44,030 bases of DNA from Octopus bimaculoides (Eukaryota): assembly GCF_001194135.2 (NCBI RefSeq), contig NC_068985.1, forward strand, positions 79,871,807 to 79,915,836, written 5' to 3'. A program made the position numbers and the translations under genes. The notes under the pieces are model-generated. The model worked only from the letters and a program-made list of their open reading frames with translations. It was not told where the DNA came from and did no database searches. This document shows, piece by piece, positions 36,679 to 44,030 of the stretch (the stretch's first letter is position 1; every line of letters starts with the position of its first letter).

Positions 36679-37089
36679 AATGTAATGTAATATTTTTATA
36701 ATAAAATGAATATTCTTAACCCAATGTGACAATTTGCAATTTCAATTTTTCATGCTGGCACAAAGTCACACATTTTAGAAATAAAGCAGCTGATTTAATC
36801 ACAGCCAAGTATGACTAATAATTTTTTAACAACTCCATAAGAAAATAAGACGGCAAATGGACAAAACCATTAGATCTTTGGGTAGAATGCTGTACAGTAT
36901 TTGTTTGAACTCAAATTCAAATCTTATTGAAGTCAATTTTGCCTTTCAGCCTTTGCTGGTCTGTATAAATCCTTCACTCCCTATGGAATATCAGCCATTG
37001 ATGACTCCTCTCCACTGTTTTCAACTTTGGACTGTCTTTTCCACTTCTCTCCAGTTGGATCCCTACTTTTAAAGTTCTGTGAGTGCACA

Positions 37090-37215
37090 TAGCTTAGTGG
37101 TTAGGGGTGTTGGACTCATGACTGTAAGATTGTGGTTTTGATTCCTGGACTTGGTGATGTGTTGTGTTCTTGAGCAAGACACTTCATTTCACATTACTCC
37201 AGTCCACTCGGCTGG
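37090..37215 (+). mobile_element. SINE family B head (decayed)
   Basis: agcttagtggttagg...cttgagcaagacacttcatttcacattactccagtccactc. Confidence 0.75.
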
Positions 37216-37811
37216 TATGACTTGAAAAGGTAACTTTACATTCACCTTTCTTGAAAGCTCTGCCTCACAACCCCATCTCCTGGAAGAAGGCCTTCTTCTC
37301 TCAGGTCTTGAGAGCGAAGACTTGTATTCATGAGCAACTGCCCTTCTTGCTAAAAACAGGAAAAATATTTTTATCTAGTCTTCCACATACTTGTACAGAT
37401 GTATAATCAACCTTGCTCAATGGAGACCCTCAAAAGAAAATGTAATCAAATACTTTTAGGCATTTTGTTTTGTAACTCTGGTGATTCAATCGCCTGCTAC
37501 TCTGACAAAGTGTAACATTGATTGCTTCCCAGGGAATATGAAGAGGCAGAACATAAGCAAATGAATTAAGCCTTGTTTATTATAAATATATTTATTAAAA
37601 TGATGCATTGACTGAGTAAGCAGAGCTCACTCTGCCAAATCACAGAGGTTCCAATTGTCTGTACTCTAAATTAGAATTTTCAAATCTCATCAAGATCAAC
37701 TTCATCATTCACCCTCATTGAAATCACTAAATGCAGTACTATTCAAATACTGGTGTCAATCTCTTCTTCTCTTCCTCCTTCTTCTCCTCCTCCCATCACT
37801 CACTCACTCAC

Positions 37812-37842
<31 letters not shown>

Positions 37843-38252
37843 GTTAATCAATCACTCAGAGAATCAGCTATATTCAAAGTGCCAAGATATGAGCTGTCAC
37901 CAACATTGTAAACCCTCATGTACTGCAACAGACATTGGAAAAACTTGCGGAAGAGAAAAACAATTAATTTAGAGTAATTATGCAAATTAGTGCAGTATTT
38001 TTAACTCAGTATGCAAAGAGTTGCAACTAATTATTGATGGCCTTTTTTTGTCCCACGCTCTAATGATTCTAACAATCCATTGCTCTCATTAGCTTAGATT
38101 AAGAACATAACCTTTCTGAACATCTTTCTAAATGTTAATTTGATATCTCATTATGATTACTTTTTTTTCTTTCTCAATCAATTATATAGTCAAATAATAG
38201 TTGTGTGTGTATGTGTGTGTGTGCGTGTGTGTGTGTGTGTGCGTGTGTGCGT

Positions 38253-38293
<41 letters not shown>

Positions 38294-38697
38294 NNNNNNN
38301 NNNNNNNNNNNNNNNNNNNNNNNNNNNNNNNNNNNNNNNNNNNNNNNNNNNNNNNNNNNNNNNNNNNNNNNNNNNNNNNNNNNNNNNNNNNNNNNNNNNN
38401 NNNNNNNNNNNNNNNNNNNNNNNNNNNNNNNNNNNNNNNNNNNNNNNNNNNNNNNNNNNNNNNNNNNNNNNNNNNNNNNNNNNNNNNNNNNNNNNNNNNN
38501 NNNNNNNNNNNNNNNNNNNNNNNNNNNNNNNNNNNNNNNNNNNNNNNNNNNNNNNNNNNNNNNNNNNNNNNNNNNNNNNNNNNNNNNNNNNNNNNNNNNN
38601 NNNNNNNNNNNNNNNNNNNNNNNNNNNNNNNNNNNNNNNNNNNNNNNNNNNNNNNNNNNNNNNNNNNNNNNNNNNNNNNNNNNNNNNNNNNNNNNNN

Positions 38698-38729
<32 letters not shown>

Positions 38730-39106
38730 TAAAAATAAATACAAAAAAAGGGTTTTGTATGATCGTGTATAGAGGAATATATTATTTTATTTAAAAGAGT
38801 TCCAACTCTGTTTTTTATGTTTTATTTATACTCTTGTAAAATTAAAGTGAGATATAGAATATGGAATATATAATATAATATATAATATAAAAATGGATGG
38901 TACAATGAAATGAAGTATTGAATGTCTTATTGAATATATGGAATATGTCTTATTGAATATATGAAATATTGAGTGTTCAATATAAAGGATTAAATATATT
39001 AAGGCGAATACGTATTTTCTATACCTTGTGGTATTTCATCATGGCCGGTATGACCTTACCACTGTGATATCTGTGGCACATCATTTTCTCAAACTGCTCA
39101 TACGAT

Positions 39107-39255
39107 GAGTTTCTTTCAGTTTCTGTCTACCAAATCACTTACAAGGCTTTGGTTGGCCCGGAACTATAGTAGAAGACACTTGCCCAAGTGCCACATGGTG
39201 GGACTGAACCTGGAACCATGTGGTTGGGAAGCAAGCTTCTTAGCACACAGCCACA
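39107..39255 (-). mobile_element. SINE family A head
   Basis: Aligns with 478-582 and 34722-34795. Confidence 0.82.
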
Positions 39256-39463
39256 TCTCTGCATTGTATTCTTGAACAAAACACTTCATTCCATATTGCT
39301 ACAATCCACTCAGCTAGCAAAAATGAATAATCCTGCAACAGACTGGCATCCTATCCATGGAAGATTATGTACACCACAGAATTTAGGAAATTGGCTTTAT
39401 GAGCCTATAGCTCAGGAAGGACCCTTCATCCTTTGATCATATATATATCAACAACATTATCAT

Positions 39464-39680
39464 CATCCTTTAACGTCCATTTTCCGTGCTGGTATGGGTT
39501 GGATGGTTTGACCAGAGCTGGCAAGCCGGAGAGCTGTACCAAGTTCTAATCTGATATGGCTTGGTTTCAATGGCTGGATGCCCTTCCTATCACCAACTAC
39601 TTTACAGAGTATACAGGGTACTTTTTACATGACACCAGCATGGGTAATTTCACATAGCACAGATCCTATTATGTGGCACT
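39464..39680 (-). mobile_element. Retroposon family D 3' fragment with an (ATG)n tail
   Basis: Contains ggatgcccttcct and ttaacgtcc..catgc..gggttgga, shared with 40925 (+) and 43622 (-). Confidence 0.72.
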
Positions 39681-40012
39681 GGCACAAGACTTTAGCAGGC
39701 CAATCCTCTTCAGCAGGGGTTGTGGCATTAACACTTCTGCCATGGAGGATGGGTTTTAACACTTCTGCTATATATATATATATATATATATATATATNNN
39801 NNNNNNNNNNNNNNNNNNNNNNNNNNNNNNNNNNNNNNNNNNNNNNNNNNNNNNNNNNNNNNNNNNNNNNNNNNNNNNNNNNNNNNNNNNNNNNNNNNNN
39901 NATATTGAAACATTAAAGGCTTTTTCACTTCCTGAGCGTTAAACTAATACATCTATTTGTTGTCTACACCACCTGTCTTCGTCTTTTTTTTTTTGCGAAT
40001 TCTCCCTATATA

Positions 40013-40045
<33 letters not shown>

Positions 40046-40439
40046 ATATATATATATATATATATTACATATACAACTCTTTTACACGGAGCCAGTGTGT
40101 ACTCAAAAACTGTACACTACAGCTACACATGTGAGCCTCAACATTAGCACACAACTTCTAGAAACAAATCTTCTTCAAATCAGCCTCCAGCTATCCTAGA
40201 AAAGGACACATTGGATAATGTGATCCTGAGTTCATTTCCTGTATGTAGAAAAATGTTAGGATGGTTGCAGCTGGAAAGTTTTTCTTTGCAAATCTTCTTC
40301 AGCAGGGCTGACCTGAAACTAAACAACATCCTGACCAAGTCTTATCCAGCAGACATTCATTTGAACATTTTCTCATAAATCTCTCCCAAAAGTTATAATA
40401 AATACTCTCAATTTAACTAGCACTCTGTCAGTTATGTTG

Positions 40440-40735
40440 ACTAGGGTTCCAGTTGATCTGACCCATGGAACAGCCTGCACATGAAATTAATGTGCAAGTG
40501 GCTGAGCACTCCACAGACACATGTACCCTTAACATAGTTTTCAGTGAGAACCAGCATGACACAGAGTGTGATAAGGCTGGCCCTTTGAAATACAGGTACT
40601 ACTCATTTTTGCTAGTTGGGTGGACTGGAACAACGTGAAATAAAGTGACTTGCTCAAGGACACAACATGTCGCTGGGAATTGAACTTATGATCATGAGCC
40701 GAATATTCTAACCACTAAGCCACATGTCTTCACAT
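40440..40735 (-). mobile_element. Full-length SINE family B (CpG-decayed)
   Basis: Colinear with 33973-34292, with many CG to TG/CA changes. Confidence 0.85.
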
Positions 40736-40924
40736 TCTCAATTTAATAGACCTGTAATTAAGAGCATTTCCGTTATGCCCGTTTATTGTTAGTATATTAA
40801 TGACTACATTGTTTAATGTCTCTTTCTTATATAAAATGGTATGATGTGAATTGAGGGAGATTTGGCTACAATTTCTAGTTGAATGGCCATGTAGAAAATA
40901 TCATTTTCCTACAAACAATAATAT

Positions 40925-41082
40925 ATGGAAGCAGTTGGCATTAGGAAGGGCATTCAGTTGTAGAAACCAAGCCAAATCAAACTGGAACCTGGTGCAGCTC
41001 TCTAGCTTGCCAGCTCTGGTCAAACAGTCCAACCCATGCCAGCATGGAAAGCAAACATTAAAGGATGATGATGATGATGATT
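40925..41082 (+). mobile_element. Retroposon family D 3' fragment
   Basis: gttggcattaggaagggcattcag...ccaacccatgccagcatggaaagc followed by (GAT)n. Confidence 0.75.
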
Positions 41083-41094
41083 ACTCCCTTCTTC

Positions 41095-41285
41095 TCCTTA
41101 GGTACAAAGCCAGAAATTTAAAAGGAATCAGTTGATCATATTGACTCCAGTACCTTACTGGTACATTATTTTATTGCTTCTGGAAGGATAAAAGGCACAA
41201 AAGACCTCGATGGGACTTGAACTCAGGACATAAAGTATTGGAATAAATACCACAAGACATTTTGTCCGATGCTCTAATGATACTA
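41095..41285 (-). mobile_element. SINE family E (decayed)
   Basis: gaaggataaaaggca...gacctcgatgggacttgaactcag. Confidence 0.65.
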
Positions 41286-43384
41286 TTAATTAACTATGTT
41301 TCTTTGATGAATAATTTATAAAAATTATATACCATTTTGTATCAAGAATTCAGTATAGTAAACAAAGGAAGGAGGTAAGTTAGCAGAGTCATTAGAGCAT
41401 CAGAGAGAATGCTTTGTAATATTTGCTTCTTCTTTGTCTTCTGGGGCCAATGCCCTAGTCCAGTACTGAGATCAACTCTTCTTTCTTTGTCTTTCATACT
41501 TTTTTTCTCTTTCTCTTTGGAAGAAATTGGCTATGATCCCACCTGAGGAGAGATCAACTCTCCCAGGTTTAAAATAATGCTCCTATGACTTCATCAGGGA
41601 GCTGGTGGCCCAAGAGCAAGGCATTATAAAATATATATTTATTATGCAATATGTAATAATTAAATAAAATATCACTTCTTTCATAACAGACTTTATCAAA
41701 AAGACTAAACCTTAAAAGTTTTAAATTAAGCAGCTAGTAAGGAGAGTTATTAGGGCATTAAATAGAATCACTAGTGGTATTTGCTCTGTCTTTCTGCATT
41801 CTGATTTTAAATGTTGTTGAGGTCATCAACTTTGTTTTTCATTCTTCCATGTTCAGTAAATAAAATATCAACCATATACTGGAAGAAAACCTATTTTCTG
41901 TCTTGTGCTGATTTGTGAGAAGAATCCTGAGAGACTCGAGTGTCTCTTTTTCCAGAAAAGGAGAAGAGTTGATTGACCAGTTAGCAACCACTTCTTGTAG
42001 GATATGTAATATGCTATTGCACACTAGGAGGACATCAGTATGTTAATGTGCATTTGGTGGCGGGGGTCATCCAAGGATAACCCCCATTCTCCGCAGTACA
42101 GAATAAAATGGCAATAATTAAAAAAATAAACATAAATTATTAGCTGTGATATTTAACATAAATAACATCAGACCTAATAAGCATCAATTTATAACAAAAA
42201 ATCTGTACACTTACTGTGATAGAATTTGAGTCATATCTCTATTGCATGCCACTTGACTACATTGTCAATTAAACAACAATGCATCTGACTTTCCCTCTTC
42301 TCAAATTGCTATAAATGATTTTGTCTACTATTTTAACTGTATGACTTTTGAGCTAAGGAAACTGTCTGCAATTGTTCAAACTACGAGAACTAGCAGCCAA
42401 GCTCCCTCAAATCACATCTTAGTTACTTAAAAACAGAAAAAGAAAGGACACAAAAAGCTAAATGTAATCCTAGATATACAAACATACACAAAGGTCATGG
42501 ATTTGTTCAACCAGAAAACTAACCTTGAGCTAAACAGCAATTGTATTTTATCTCTACAAGATACAGAGATAAACTAGTATAGGTTAATATAGCAGACAAA
42601 TCAATTTGTGCCTACTTGAGGTGAGAAATGGCAAATTAGCAGAATGGTTAGAGTGGTACTCTGAGTTCTGAGTTCAAATCTCACTGAGATAAACTTCCTC
42701 TTTCATCATACCAAGGTCAATAAGTGCCAGTCAAATACAAGTGTTAATTATTCTCTCTTTCACTCTTTCAGAATCAGTTATGTTGTGGGGCACCACATAC
42801 AATGTCTTTTTCTCTACCAAATGGAAGAGGGTTGAGCAAGGAGGCCAATAACTACAACTAATAATATAAATCTACGAAAACTCATCTCAGAATGTACCAA
42901 TGTCTAACCACATGGAAAAGAAAGAAAGAAAAGAAGAATCTAAGATAGTTATTTGCAGGTGCTCTGTAGTCTAATTGATAATGCATCATCTATTAAGAAA
43001 CAGTTATGAGTCATGAAAGAAAGCCTGTTGGTCTCGACTGTCTCAAAATGATGTTAGAAATTAATATTTAATATCATTTCAACATGTCCTTCATCATGTT
43101 TTTTCATTTCTCCTTTCCTTCTTCTTTTCATGCTAGAGTTTGGTTTGGCAGGATTAGAGTTGAAGTGCACAAGGAAGTTATATATTATTTACTTTAATTT
43201 GTTGTATTTGTGTGTGTGTGTGGGGGGCATTTATATATATTTGTGTATTAATTAACTTACATATATATATTTACATATGTATAGAGAGGGAGGAGGGGAG
43301 GTTGATACACACACACACACATATAAATACATAAAATACACATACACACACACACACACATATATATAAATGCACACATATATA

Positions 43385-43880
43385 TATTTATTTTTTACTT
43401 GCTTCAGTCATTAGACTACAGCCATGCTGTAGCACCATCATCAAGAATTTTTAATTGAATAAATCAACCCAGGTCTTACTTTTTTTATAAAGCCTTGTAC
43501 TTAGTCTCTTTTGCTGAACTGTTAAATTACGGGGATCTAAACAAACCAACACTGAGTACTGATTATTATCAAGTAGTAGTGGAGATAAACACACAAACAA
43601 AGACAAACACACACACACACATATCATCATCGTTTAACGTCCGCTTTCCATGCTAGCATGGGTTGGACGATTTGATTGAGGACTGGTGAAACCAGATGGC
43701 AACACCAGGCTCCAATCTGAATTGGTAGAATTTCTACAGCTGGATGCCCTTCCTAATGCCAACCACTCAGAGAGTGGGTTTCTTTCAGTTTTTGTCTACC
43801 AAATCCGCTCACAACGCTTTGGTCAGCTTCAGGTATAGAAGACACTTCTAAAGATGTTATACTGTGCAACTAAACCCAGA
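43385..43880 (-). mobile_element. SINE family A with a family D fragment (43622-43778) nested at its central microsatellite
   Basis: Family A tail at 43385-43600 and head part at 43780-43880 flank the family D sequence. Confidence 0.75.
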
Positions 43881-43980
43881 AGAATGTTACTGTTTTTGTT
43901 GAATAAAATTTGTTGAAAAAAATGTCGCAATAATTATGCACCAACCCAATATATATATACATGCATATTTATTTACACAC

Positions 43981-44030
<50 letters not shown>

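Noticed and set aside
1-44030. CRISPR array, operon or prokaryotic defence system
   Set aside because: No repeat-spacer arrays, dense ORFs or bacterial composition; the sequence is eukaryotic and repeat-derived.

Overview
Repeat-dense eukaryotic genomic window from a gapped draft assembly (11 N-gaps, most flanked by microsatellites). The SINE families and microsatellite load look like an octopus genome; that species call is an inference from remembered repeat families, not a database hit. No intact host gene, rRNA, true tRNA or CRISPR array is supported, and almost all ORFs in the supplied track are microsatellite or gap artefacts. Supportable content: a near full-length Tc1-type DD36E element nested inside a SINE; a head-to-tail run of three R4/Dong-like non-LTR retrotransposon pieces; a Buster/Charlie-type hAT remnant; a DD41D-like mariner fragment with an internal micro-inversion; an internally deleted mariner; an RTE LINE fragment; a Merlin-like MITE with perfect 37-bp TIRs, an 8-bp TSD and TTAGGG repeats; a 238-bp foldback palindrome; a degenerate type I hammerhead in a Penelope-like fragment; and many tRNA-derived SINE copies from several modular families. 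A drop in CpG right of about 34.8 kb hints at a methylated gene body, but its exons cannot be fixed. I found no convincing previously undescribed system; the best leads concern transposon biology.
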